Origin: Deltaproteobacteria bacterium
GTDB lineage: Bacteria; Desulfobacterota; Deferrimicrobia; Deferrimicrobiales; Deferrimicrobiaceae
Direction of reading: 5' to 3'
Length of the DNA stretch: 64,000 bases
NCBI GenBank assembly: GCA_016234845.1
Contig: JACRNP010000030.1
Coordinates: 1-64,000, forward strand
Each line of letters starts with the position of its first letter. The stretch's first letter is position 1. Of this stretch, positions 1 through 10,050 are shown in pieces. The position numbers and the translations under genes were made by a program. The notes beneath the pieces are model-generated. The model did no database searches and was not told the origin of the DNA. It was given only the letters and a program-made list of their open reading frames with translations.

Positions 1-359
1 CCTACGAGCGGATCGAGGAGGAGCTCCCGCTGGTCGTCAAGCGGGACGGGCGCCGCGAGCCGTTCGACCGGCAGAAGATCCTGAACGGGATCATGAAGGC
101 GTGCGAGAAGCGGTCCGTGAGCTACGCCACCATCGAACACCTCGTCGAATCCCTCGAAATGGAGTTCCAGGCGTCGGCCGAGAAGGAGATCTCCTCCATC
201 CGGATCGGCGAGCGGGTCATGGAGAAACTTCTCCAGGTGGACGACGTCGCCTATGTCCGGTTCGCCTCCGTGTACCGGCAGTTCAAGGACGTAAGCCAGT
301 TCGTCGAGGAGATCAAGACGCTGATCACCGAGCCCGGCGACCGCCGCGGCCAGAAGTGA
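1..359 (+). CDS. nrdR: Transcriptional repressor NrdR (5'-truncated by window edge; C-terminal ATP-cone part)
   Basis: Translation ...KRDGRREPFDRQKILNGIMKACEKRSVSYATIEHLVESLEMEFQ...VYRQFKDVSQFVEEIK is typical NrdR; stop overlaps ribD start (TGATG). Confidence 0.85.
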   Translation, partial: YERIEEELPLVVKRDGRREPFDRQKILNGIMKACEKRSVSYATIEHLVESLEMEFQASAEKEISSIRIGERVMEKLLQVDDVAYVRFASVYRQFKDVSQFVEEIKTLITEPGDRRGQK

Positions 360-1374
360 TGGCACGCCCCCCGTTTCCGCACCCCGGGTTCATGCGGGAG
401 GCGGTTCGGCTGGCGAGGAAGGGGCTCGGGCGGACCGCGCCGAATCCGGCCGTCGGGGCGGTGGTCGTGCGCGCGGGTCGGATCGTCGGAAAGGGGTACC
501 ACCGGGCGGCGGGGATGCCCCACGCCGAGGTCGTGGCGTTGCTCCAGGCGGGGAGCGCCGCCCGCGGGGCGGACCTGTACGTGACGCTCGAACCGTGCGA
601 CCACCACGGGCGCACCGGGCCGTGCACGGCGGCGAGGCCGGCGTCACGGTCCACGAAGGGCTCCTTCAGGCGGCGGCGGCGGAAATCACCCGCGGGTTCC
701 GCCGATGGGTCGTGTCCGGGGCCCCGTTCGTGACGCTGAAGCTCGCGATATCCCTCGACGGACAGATCGCCTCGGCCGCGGGCGACTCCCGATGGATCTC
801 GGGCGAGCCGGCGAGGCATCGCGTCCACCGGATGCGGTCGGAGGCGGACGCCGTGATGGTGGGGGGCGGCACGGCGCGGCGGGACGACCCGCGGTTGACC
901 GCCCGTTATCCGGGAAGCCGGCAGCCGAAACGGGTGGTGCTGACCTCCCGCCCCGCCGAACTGCTCCAGCGGCGCATGCTCCGGGAGGAGGGCGGCGAGG
1001 TGATCGTCGCCTGCCCGACCGGGATCGGGAAGCGCGACGTGGAGGCGCTCCGGTCGCTGGGAGCCCGCGTCCTCCCGTTGCCTTCGCGCCAGGGGAAGGT
1101 GCGGGCGCGCGATTTCCTCGCCGCGCTGGGCGCGGAAGGCGTCACCTCCCTGCTGGTCGAGGGGGGAGGCGGGATCGCGGGGTGGCTCGCGGAGGAGGGA
1201 GCGGTCGACCGGTACGTCGTGTACGTCGCGCCGCTCCTGCTGGGAGAGGGCGTCCGCGCGGTTTCCGGGTGGGCGGCGAAATCCCCCGCCGCGGGGAAAC
1301 GCCTCGTTTTCACCTCCGTCCGCCGCGTCGGGCCCGACATCGAGATCACGGCGGAACCGGCGGAGGGACGATAA
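359..1374 (+). pseudogene. ribD: Riboflavin biosynthesis protein RibD (deaminase + reductase), reading frame interrupted: deaminase domain in one frame (359..~640), reductase in the +2 frame (595..1374); ~26-28 residues missing at the junction
   Basis: Frame-2 ORF reads MREAVRLARKGLGRTAPNPAVGAVVV...HAEVVAL...YVTLEPCDHHGRTGPCTAA then runs into nonsense. Frame-1 ORF resumes at GEAGVTVHEGLL...VTLKLAISLDGQIA (reductase). The segment corresponding to ~LIxAGVxRVVxAxxDPNPxVAGxG is absent. Confidence 0.6.
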
Positions 1375-2012
1375 TGTTCACCGGCATCGTGGAGGACATC
1401 GGCACCGTGGAGTCGCTCTCGCCGCTCCGCGCGGGGACGGCGTTGACGGTCGCGACGGGCCTTCCCGTGGGGGATTTCGCCATCGGGGAATCGATCGCGG
1501 TGTCCGGGGTGTGCCTGACCGTGACGGCGAAGGGGCGGGGGACGTTCACCGCGGACGTCTCGAAGGAGACGCTGTCGAAGAGCACGCTCGGCGCCGTCCG
1601 ACCGGGGGCGAAGGTGAACCTGGAGCGGTCCCTCACCCTCTCGGGCCGCCTCGGCGGTCACATCGTCTACGGGCACGTGGACGGGACCGGCGTCCTTCGG
1701 GAGATCCGCCCCATCGGGGAAGCGCGGGTATTCCATCTGCAGGCCGATCCTTCTATAATGAAGTTCGTGGTTTACAAGGGGGCGGTGGCCGTGGACGGCG
1801 TAAGCCTCACGGTCAGCGCCGTCCGCCAGGACGGATTCGAACTGGCCCTCATCCCGCTCACGCTCGACCGGACGACCCTCGGGGGCGCGCGTCCCGGAGA
1901 CCGGGTCAACCTGGAAGTCGACATCGTGGGGAAGTACGTCCTGTCGCACTTGGAGAGACGCGGCGAGGGAGGGGTGACGCTCGATTTTCTGAAAAAACAC
2001 GGTTTTTCGTGA
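1374..2012 (+). CDS. ribE: Riboflavin synthase alpha subunit
   Basis: [12 protein letters not shown]...GVCLTV...VDGVSLTV duplicated lumazine-binding halves; ATG overlaps ribD stop (TAATG). Confidence 0.9.
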   Translation: MFTGIVEDIGTVESLSPLRAGTALTVATGLPVGDFAIGESIAVSGVCLTVTAKGRGTFTADVSKETLSKSTLGAVRPGAKVNLERSLTLSGRLGGHIVYGHVDGTGVLREIRPIGEARVFHLQADPSIMKFVVYKGAVAVDGVSLTVSAVRQDGFELALIPLTLDRTTLGGARPGDRVNLEVDIVGKYVLSHLERRGEGGVTLDFLKKHGFS

Positions 2013-2031
2013 GGAAGGACGAGGTAGGCGG

Positions 2032-3237
<1,206 letters not shown>

Positions 3238-3248
3238 GAGGCTATAGT

Positions 3249-3710
3249 ATGGCGCGCGTCATCGAAGGGGATCTGCAGGGACAGGGGGTCAAGGTCGCGA
3301 TCGTCGTGTCGCGATTCAACAGCTTCATCACCGAGCGCCTGCAGGACGGCGCGCTCGACGCCCTGCGGCGGCACGGCGTGGACGAGAAGGGGATCACCGT
3401 GATCAAGGTCCCGGGGGCGTTCGAGCTCCCCCTGGCGGTTCGCAAGGTCGCCGGCCAGAAGGTCGACGCCGTGATCGCGCTCGGGGCGCTCATCCGCGGC
3501 GGAACCCCGCACTTCGACTACCTGAGCGCCGAGGTGACCAAGGGCGTCGCGCAGGCGATGCTCGACACGGGGGTCCCGGTCTCGTTCGGCGTGCTCACCA
3601 CCGACACGGTGGAACAGGCGATCGAGCGGGCGGGAACCAAGGCCGGGAACAAGGGCGCCGAAGCGGCGCAGTCCGCGCTGGAGATGGTCAGCCTGCTCCG
3701 GAAGATGTAG
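3249..3710 (+). CDS. ribH: 6,7-dimethyl-8-ribityllumazine synthase
   Basis: [31 protein letters not shown]...VPGAFELP; 153 aa. Confidence 0.92.
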   Translation: MARVIEGDLQGQGVKVAIVVSRFNSFITERLQDGALDALRRHGVDEKGITVIKVPGAFELPLAVRKVAGQKVDAVIALGALIRGGTPHFDYLSAEVTKGVAQAMLDTGVPVSFGVLTTDTVEQAIERAGTKAGNKGAEAAQSALEMVSLLRKM

Positions 3711-3740
3711 CCCCGGCGCACCGGGAGGAACTGGAACGCC

Positions 3741-4157
3741 GTGCGCAGGGAGTCCCGGGAGAAGGTTTTCCAGACGTTGTTCATGATGGACGTCCTGGGG
3801 GTTGGCCCCGACGAGGCCATCCCCCTTTTCGCATTGGCGTCGGCCCCGCCGTCCGACCCGGACTATTACAGGGAAACGGTCCACGGGGCCTGGGAGCGCC
3901 GGGAAGAGGTCGACGCCCTCATCCGCGAGGCGGCGGAGAACTGGCGGATCGAACGGATGGCGCTCGTGGACCGGAACATCCTGCGGTTGGGAGCGTACGA
4001 GATCCTGCACGGCCGCGACATCCCGTTCGCCGTCGCGATCAACGAGGCGGTCGATCTGGGGAAGCGGTTCGGGGCGGAGGAGTCCGGCGCGTTCGTGAAC
4101 GGAATTCTCGACCGGATCTCCGAGATGGCGCGGAAAAAGACGGAGGGAGCGCGGTGA
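3741..4157 (+). CDS. nusB: Transcription antitermination factor NusB
   Basis: 138 aa; ALVDRNILRLGAYEIL...FVNGILDRI motifs; classical position after ribH. Confidence 0.88.
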   Translation: MRRESREKVFQTLFMMDVLGVGPDEAIPLFALASAPPSDPDYYRETVHGAWERREEVDALIREAAENWRIERMALVDRNILRLGAYEILHGRDIPFAVAINEAVDLGKRFGAEESGAFVNGILDRISEMARKKTEGAR

Positions 4158-6733
4158 AGTACAGTCCCCGGGACATCGAAGGGAAGTGGCAGAAGGTCTG
4201 GGACGAGGCGGGAGTCTCCCGCTGCCCGGACACCCTCTCCGCGCCGAAATACTACTGCCTCGAGATGTTCCCGTACCCGTCGGGCCGGATCCACATGGGA
4301 CACGTCCGGGTCTACACCATCGGCGACCTCCTCGCCCGCTTCAAGCGGATGCGGGGATTCCAGGTGCTCCACCCGATCGGGTGGGACGCCTTCGGCCTCC
4401 CCGCGGAGAACGCCGCGTTCCGCCACGGGACGCACCCCGCCAAGTGGACGTGGGAGAACATCGCCTTCATGCGGGAGCAACTGAAGCAGATGGGGATCTC
4501 CTACGACTGGGACCGCGAATTCGCCACCTGCTCCCCGGACTACTACCGCTGGGAGCAGCTCTTTTTCCTCTGGATGATGAAGGACGGGCTGGCGTACCGG
4601 AAGCGCGCCACCCTCAACTGGTGCGGAGAGTGCCAGACGGTCCTCGCGAACGAGCAGGTGAACCGCGACGGCACCTGCTTCATCCACGACCAGACCCCGG
4701 TGACCCAGAAGGAGCTCGAGCAGTGGTTCGTCGGGATCACGAAGTACGCCGACGAACTGCTCGAAGGGCACCGCGAGCTCGCCGGCGGGTGGCCGGAGAA
4801 TATCCTCGAGATGCAGCGGAACTGGATCGGCCGCAGCGAGGGGGCCGAGATCCGGTTCCCGCTGGCGGACGGAGGCGGGGACATCACGGTCTTCACGACC
4901 CGGCCCGACACGCTGTACGGCGCCACCTTCATGAGCATGGCGCCGGAGCACCCGATGGCGATGGAGTTCGCCCGGAAGGCCGGCCGCGAGAAGGAGGTCG
5001 CGGAGTTCGTCGACCGGGTGACCCGTCAGGACCGGATCGCGCGCACGAGCGAAGAGCTGGTCAAGGAAGGGGTGTTCACCGGCGGGTATTGCGTGAACCC
5101 GGTCACGGGGAACCGGATCCCGGTCTACGCCGCCAACTTCGTCCTCTACGAATACGGCACCGGAGCCGTCATGGCGGTCCCGGCGCACGACCAGCGCGAC
5201 TTCGAGTTCGCCCGGAAGTACGGACTCCCGGTGGAGGTGGTCGTCCAGCCAGAAGGGGGTGATCCGCTCGACCCCGCGACCATGGCGGCGGCCCACGAGG
5301 GGGATGGCCGACTGGTCCGCTCCGGCCCCTTCGGCGGGCTGTCGAGCGAGGACGGGAAGAAGGAGATCACGAAGCACCTCGAGGGGAAGGGACTCGGGCG
5401 CGGAAAGGTCCAGTTCCGCCTGAGGGACTGGGGCGTCAGCCGCCAGCGGTACTGGGGATGTCCCATCCCGGTGATCCACTGCGAGGCGTGCGGCGTGGTG
5501 CCGGTCCCGGAGAAGGATCTTCCCGTGGTCCTGCCGGAAGACCTCCCGTACACGCGGGAGCGCGGGAACCCGCTGGTAGCGGCGGAGGAGTGGTGCCGGG
5601 TCCCGTGTCCCTCGTGCGGCCGCCCCGCCCGGCGGGAGACCGACACGTTCGACACCTTCTTCGAGTCGAGCTGGTACTTCCTGCGGTACATCGACCCGAA
5701 GAACGACCGGGCGCCCCTCGATCCGGAGAAGATGCGCCGTTTCGCGCCGGTGGACCAGTACGTCGGCGGCGTCGAGCACGCGTGCATGCACCTGATCTAC
5801 GCGCGGTTCTTCCACAGGTTCCTTCGCGACAAGGGGCTCGCCCCCGGGAACGAGCCGTTCGCGCGCCTCCTGTCCCAGGGGATGGTGTGCATGCAGACGA
5901 ACGAATGTCCCAAGCACGGCTGGCGGTATCCCGAGGAGGTCGACGAGAAGGGAGCGTGCCGGCAGTGCGGCGAGAAGGTCGACGTCGGCCGCTCGATGAA
6001 GATGTCGAAGTCCAAGCGGAACGTCGTCGAACCGTCCACGCTGATCGAGCGATACGGGGCGGACACGGCCCGCGTGTTCATCCTCTTCGCCGCGCCGCCC
6101 GAGAAGGACCTCGACTGGAACGAGCAGGGGGTGGAGGGAGCGTACCGGTTCCTCGGGCGGGTGCACCGGCTGATCGCCCAGCGGGCGAAGGAGATCGCCG
6201 CCGCCCCGCGCGACCGGATCGAATCGGAGGAGGTCCGTCGTGTCCGCCAGGTGACCCACCGGACCCTCATCAAGGTGACCGGCGACGTGGAGGAGCGGTT
6301 CCACTTCAACACCGCGATCTCCGCCATCATGGAGATGGTCAACTTCCTCTACCTCGTGGACGACGACGCCTGGAAGGGCGGCCCCGTCTCCGCCGCGCTC
6401 GCGGAGTCGGTGGAGATCCTCCTCCACATGCTGTTCCCGTTCGCCCCGCACCTGTCCGAGGAGCTGTGGTCCCGCATCGGCGGCGATGGGCTTCTCTGCC
6501 GCAGGCCGTGGCCCGTTCCGGACGCGGAAGTCGCCCGGGAGGACCAGGTCGAGGTGGTCGTCCAGGTGAACGGGAAGGTGCGCTCCAGGATGGTCGTGGG
6601 CGCGGGCGCCGGGGAGGCGGAGGTCGGCGCGATCGCGATGGCCGATCCGCGGGTCCGGGAGTACACCTCCGGGAAGACCATACGGAAAACCGTCTATGTC
6701 CAAGGCAAGCTCTACAGCATCGTCGCCACATGA
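4154..6733 (+). CDS. leuS: Leucine--tRNA ligase
   Basis: 859 aa; YCLEMFPYPSGRIHMGHVR (HIGH) and KMSKS motifs; GTG start overlaps nusB stop (GTGA). Confidence 0.95.
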   Translation: MKYSPRDIEGKWQKVWDEAGVSRCPDTLSAPKYYCLEMFPYPSGRIHMGHVRVYTIGDLLARFKRMRGFQVLHPIGWDAFGLPAENAAFRHGTHPAKWTWENIAFMREQLKQMGISYDWDREFATCSPDYYRWEQLFFLWMMKDGLAYRKRATLNWCGECQTVLANEQVNRDGTCFIHDQTPVTQKELEQWFVGITKYADELLEGHRELAGGWPENILEMQRNWIGRSEGAEIRFPLADGGGDITVFTTRPDTLYGATFMSMAPEHPMAMEFARKAGREKEVAEFVDRVTRQDRIARTSEELVKEGVFTGGYCVNPVTGNRIPVYAANFVLYEYGTGAVMAVPAHDQRDFEFARKYGLPVEVVVQPEGGDPLDPATMAAAHEGDGRLVRSGPFGGLSSEDGKKEITKHLEGKGLGRGKVQFRLRDWGVSRQRYWGCPIPVIHCEACGVVPVPEKDLPVVLPEDLPYTRERGNPLVAAEEWCRVPCPSCGRPARRETDTFDTFFESSWYFLRYIDPKNDRAPLDPEKMRRFAPVDQYVGGVEHACMHLIYARFFHRFLRDKGLAPGNEPFARLLSQGMVCMQTNECPKHGWRYPEEVDEKGACRQCGEKVDVGRSMKMSKSKRNVVEPSTLIERYGADTARVFILFAAPPEKDLDWNEQGVEGAYRFLGRVHRLIAQRAKEIAAAPRDRIESEEVRRVRQVTHRTLIKVTGDVEERFHFNTAISAIMEMVNFLYLVDDDAWKGGPVSAALAESVEILLHMLFPFAPHLSEELWSRIGGDGLLCRRPWPVPDAEVAREDQVEVVVQVNGKVRSRMVVGAGAGEAEVGAIAMADPRVREYTSGKTIRKTVYVQGKLYSIVAT

Positions 6734-6746
6734 GGCGTTCCGCCCC

Positions 6747-7265
6747 GTGACGCACCGAGCGGCGGCGATCCTCGTCGCGTTCGCCCTCGCGGCATCGGGG
6801 TGCGGGTACAGCCTCCAGCCGGTGGGGAAGAATCGTTTCTCCGACCCCTCGGTCCGGATCGACCTTTCCCCCTTCGCGAACTACACCCCCGAGGCCGATG
6901 CCGGCCCCTACATCGCCGCCCGCCTGCGCGAGGAGCTTCGCAGATCCGGATTCCGTGGCGCGTTCGATCCGTCCGCCGCCGACTTCCTCGTCGAGGGGAA
7001 GGTCCGCGAGGCGCGCGACGACGTCTTCTCCCACGGGACCGACCGGTTCGCGCTGGAGCATCGCCTGACCGTCGTGGCGGAAATCCGGGTGATCGAGGTC
7101 GTCCGAGGCGGGGTGCTGTGGAAGGACGCAGGGGTAAGCGAGACCGTTTCCTATTTTTCGGGCCCCGACGCCCAGTACAAGGAAGCAAACCGCCGCGCGG
7201 CGTTCGAGGAGGCGGTACGCCGCATGGTCCTCCGGATGGCCCAGACGCTCCGCGTGATCCTTTGA
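6747..7265 (+). CDS. lptE: LPS-assembly lipoprotein LptE (RlpB)
   Basis: Lipoprotein signal (V)THRAAAILVAFALAASGC with a lipobox; conserved leuS-lptE-holA synteny. The ORF could also start at 6696 (overlapping leuS), but GTG at 6747 gives a canonical signal peptide. Confidence 0.75.
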   Translation: MTHRAAAILVAFALAASGCGYSLQPVGKNRFSDPSVRIDLSPFANYTPEADAGPYIAARLREELRRSGFRGAFDPSAADFLVEGKVREARDDVFSHGTDRFALEHRLTVVAEIRVIEVVRGGVLWKDAGVSETVSYFSGPDAQYKEANRRAAFEEAVRRMVLRMAQTLRVIL

Positions 7266-8176
7266 AACGATCTTCTCCCTTCCGTATCTTCCAGGCGTGG
7301 ATCGACAGGGGGCCCGCTCCGGCGTACCTGCTCTACGGCGGAGGCGCCGGAATCGCCGGGCTTCTGGCCCACGAGTGGGAGCGGGTCTTGAGGGCGGAAG
7401 GGAAATCGGTGGAGACGTACGGGTGGACCGCCGCGGAGCTGGAGCGCGATTCCTCCTCGATCGCCTGGCGTTCCCCGTCGTTCTTCGCGTCCATGCGGAT
7501 CTACGTGCTCCCGGACCTGGCCGAAACGAAGAAGGCCGGACGGGACGCGGTCAAGTCGTACCTCGCGGCCCCCGAACCTTCGGCGATCCTGATCCTGCAC
7601 GGGACCGACTTCCGCCAGGCGAAGACGTTCTCCGCCGCCGCGAACCTTCCTTCGGCGGCGCCGGGCGAAGAGCAGGCGATCGACGCGTTGGCCGGCCACG
7701 CCGTCGCGGTCGCCCTCGAAGCGGGGCGACGGTTGTCGAAGGAGTCGGCCCTGTTCCTCGCCCGCTGGACGGGTGCGTCGTTCGAGGCGATGACGTCCGA
7801 GCTCGGGAAACTGCTCGCGTACTCGTCGGGAAAGGCGGAGATTTCGGAGGAGGACATCCGGGCCGTCTGCGTCTTCCGCGGAGACGTGAGCCCGTTCCAG
7901 CTCGCGGAAGCGCTGGTGCGGAAAGACCGTCCGGGGTGCCTGTCGCTCCTCCGACGCTTCGCGCAAAACGCCAAGGACGAGGAGTATCACCAGTTGATCG
8001 GCGCGGTCGCCTGGTACCTCCGGGACCGGATTCGCGGGAAAGGGGGAGCGGTGACGCCGGGGAGGGCGGCCGAACTCTTCGAGGCGCTGTCCCGGATCGA
8101 CCGCGATTTGAAGGGGGAGAGCAGGCTCCCCCCCGCGCAGGTTTTCGAGATCCGGGTGCTATCGGTGCTGGCGTAG
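7262..8176 (+). CDS. holA: DNA polymerase III subunit delta
   Basis: ...PAPAYLLYGGGAG... N-terminal motif and delta-subunit length (~304 aa); follows lptE as in many proteobacteria; TTG start overlapping lptE stop. Confidence 0.75.
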   Translation: MKRSSPFRIFQAWIDRGPAPAYLLYGGGAGIAGLLAHEWERVLRAEGKSVETYGWTAAELERDSSSIAWRSPSFFASMRIYVLPDLAETKKAGRDAVKSYLAAPEPSAILILHGTDFRQAKTFSAAANLPSAAPGEEQAIDALAGHAVAVALEAGRRLSKESALFLARWTGASFEAMTSELGKLLAYSSGKAEISEEDIRAVCVFRGDVSPFQLAEALVRKDRPGCLSLLRRFAQNAKDEEYHQLIGAVAWYLRDRIRGKGGAVTPGRAAELFEALSRIDRDLKGESRLPPAQVFEIRVLSVLA

Positions 8177-8189
8177 AGGGAGGGCGGCG

Positions 8190-8459
8190 CTACTTCTTCG
8201 CGGCCGCCTTGTGGACGGCTTTCGCCAACCGGGAGATCTTCCGGGCCGCGGTCTTCCTGTGCAGTACGCCCTTGGACCCCGCGCGCGCGATCGCCGACGC
8301 CGCCTTGCGGAGCAGTTCGGCGCTCTTCTCTCCCGCCTCTTCGATCTCCGCCCGTACGTCCTTCACGATGGACTTCACGGTCGAGCGGACGTGCCGGTTC
8401 CTCGCCCGGCGCTTCAGGCTCTGCTTGTGCCGCTTCACGGCCGACGCTAACTTCGCCAA
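8190..8459 (-). CDS. rpsT: 30S ribosomal protein S20
   Basis: MAKLASAVKRHKQSLKRRARNRHVRSTVKS...; 89 aa. Confidence 0.95.
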   Translation of the reverse strand: MAKLASAVKRHKQSLKRRARNRHVRSTVKSIVKDVRAEIEEAGEKSAELLRKAASAIARAGSKGVLHRKTAARKISRLAKAVHKAAAKK

Positions 8460-8525
8460 ACTGTGCCTCCTCGGGATTCATTCGGTACAATGGAAAGACA
8501 TTCATTTAATATCAGGAGGCATCAA

Positions 8526-9083
8526 ATGTCAAAAGGAAATCGGGCACCTTCCGGCGTCGCGGCGTCGCGGGGCGGGTTTCACCGTGCGGCCGTCGTCCGG
8601 GTCCCTTCCGGATTCGCGACCCTGGTTTTCCGGGACGGCAGGATCGCGGCCGTGTCGATGGAATCGTCGGAACGCCGTCTGCTCGCCGTGGTCCGGTCGC
8701 TCTTTCCCGGCGTGCGGCACACGACCCTGACCACGCATCCCGGGACGGCATCGCTTCGCCGGTACGCCGCCGGCAGCTTTCCTTCCCCGGGGGAAATCCT
8801 GGCGCTTCCGTTCGACTGGGAGGCCGTATCCCCCTTCGACCGCAGCGTGCTCGAGGCCGCCGCGTCCGTCCCCGCGGGGAAGACATCCTCCTACGGCGCG
8901 GTTGCCGCAGCTTCCGGACACCCGGGAGCGGCAAGGGCGGCGGGCGGGGCGCTCGGCCGCAATCCGTGGCCGGTGCTGATCCCGTGCCACCGCGTGATCG
9001 GCGCGGACGGACGGCTCACCGGGTACGGAAAAGGAGTGGCGGCGAAGAAACGCCTTCTCGATTTCGAATCGAATCGATCCTGA
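8526..9083 (+). CDS. ogt: Methylated-DNA--protein-cysteine methyltransferase
   Basis: C-terminal NPWPVLIPCHRVIGADG (PCHRV active site); AGGAGG 9 nt upstream of ATG 8526 (ORF extends to 8463 upstream). Confidence 0.85.
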   Translation: MSKGNRAPSGVAASRGGFHRAAVVRVPSGFATLVFRDGRIAAVSMESSERRLLAVVRSLFPGVRHTTLTTHPGTASLRRYAAGSFPSPGEILALPFDWEAVSPFDRSVLEAAASVPAGKTSSYGAVAAASGHPGAARAAGGALGRNPWPVLIPCHRVIGADGRLTGYGKGVAAKKRLLDFESNRS

Positions 9084-9207
9084 CGAATCCGGGTTGCACA
9101 TTTATCGGGCAATCCGTTGGGGGGGGCACTCCTGCGCGGACGGTCCAAATTTTCCACAGGGGAATCCACAGATACTCCACAAAGGGTGTGGAAAAAGAAG
9201 ACGGGGT

Positions 9208-9981
9208 TCACCCGATCGAATTCTTCGCCATCTCCCAGAGACGATCCAGGGTCCGCATGTCCGCCGTTTCGATGGAACTCCCCGTTTCCGATGCGATTTT
9301 TTCCATCTCACGGAAACGACGCTCGAACCGGTCGTTGGCCGCCATCATGGCGACCTCCGGGTTCAGATCGAGGAATCTCGCCAGGTTCACGACGGCCAGG
9401 AGGACATCCCCCAGTTCATGCTCCAGCCGCGCCGGATCCCCCTGTGCCATCTCGTTTTTCAGCTCCGCCAGTTCCTCTTCCACTTTTTCGAGGACCTGCT
9501 CCTTCCGCTCCCAGTCGAATCCCGCCCTCGCGGCCTTCCTGGACATCTTCGCCGCCCGCAACAGGGAGGGGAAATCCCTCGGGATTCCTCCGATGATCGA
9601 TCCCTCTCCGCGGTTTTCCACCGTGCGCTTTATGCGGTCCCACTGAAGGGAAACGGCCTCCGGGCTGTCGGCCCGGGTGTCGCCGAAAACGTGCGGGTGC
9701 CTGCGGATCATCTTCTCCGTGATGGACGATACGACGTCGGAAATGCCGAACTCCCCGTGTTCGCTGGCGATCTGGGCGTGAAACAGGATCTGGAGGAGCA
9801 GATCCCCCAGTTCCTCGCACAGGAGAGCGGGCTCTTTTTTCCGGATCGCGTCGACCACCTCGTGGGTTTCCTCGACGAGGTACTGCCGAAGCGACTCGTG
9901 GGACTGGGCGCGGTCCCACTCGCAACCGCCCTCGCCGCGGAGGCGGGCCATGATTTCCACGAGTTTCCCGAATTCGTCCAT
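9208..9981 (-). CDS. mazG: Nucleoside triphosphate pyrophosphohydrolase MazG
   Basis: 257 aa, tandem MazG domains (EETHEVVDAI...ELGDLLLQ; ...ELGDVLLAVVNLARF). Confidence 0.9.
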   Translation of the reverse strand: MDEFGKLVEIMARLRGEGGCEWDRAQSHESLRQYLVEETHEVVDAIRKKEPALLCEELGDLLLQILFHAQIASEHGEFGISDVVSSITEKMIRRHPHVFGDTRADSPEAVSLQWDRIKRTVENRGEGSIIGGIPRDFPSLLRAAKMSRKAARAGFDWERKEQVLEKVEEELAELKNEMAQGDPARLEHELGDVLLAVVNLARFLDLNPEVAMMAANDRFERRFREMEKIASETGSSIETADMRTLDRLWEMAKNSIG

Positions 9982-10050
9982 GGGTCCCCGATTCCCGGGA
10001 TGCTTTTGGAAACACCCCTTTTCCCCGGACTAATGTTAGCATAATCCTTT

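Noticed and set aside
3866-6703. 945-aa minus-strand ORF antisense to leuS.
   Set aside because: Low-complexity R/P/A/G-rich translation with no domain signature, fully overlapping well-supported leuS. High-GC antisense frames rarely contain stops, so this is a compositional artefact.
8463-8525. Possible longer N-terminus for ogt starting at ATG 8463.
   Set aside because: The extension MPPRDSFGTMERHSFNIRRHQ has no counterpart in Ogt proteins. A strong AGGAGG lies 9 nt before ATG 8526, and the upstream ATG would sit in the rpsT promoter region.
9094-10044. 316-aa '+' ORF antisense to mazG.
   Set aside because: No motifs and opposite to a clearly supported MazG. There is also no room for a separate promoter or terminator.
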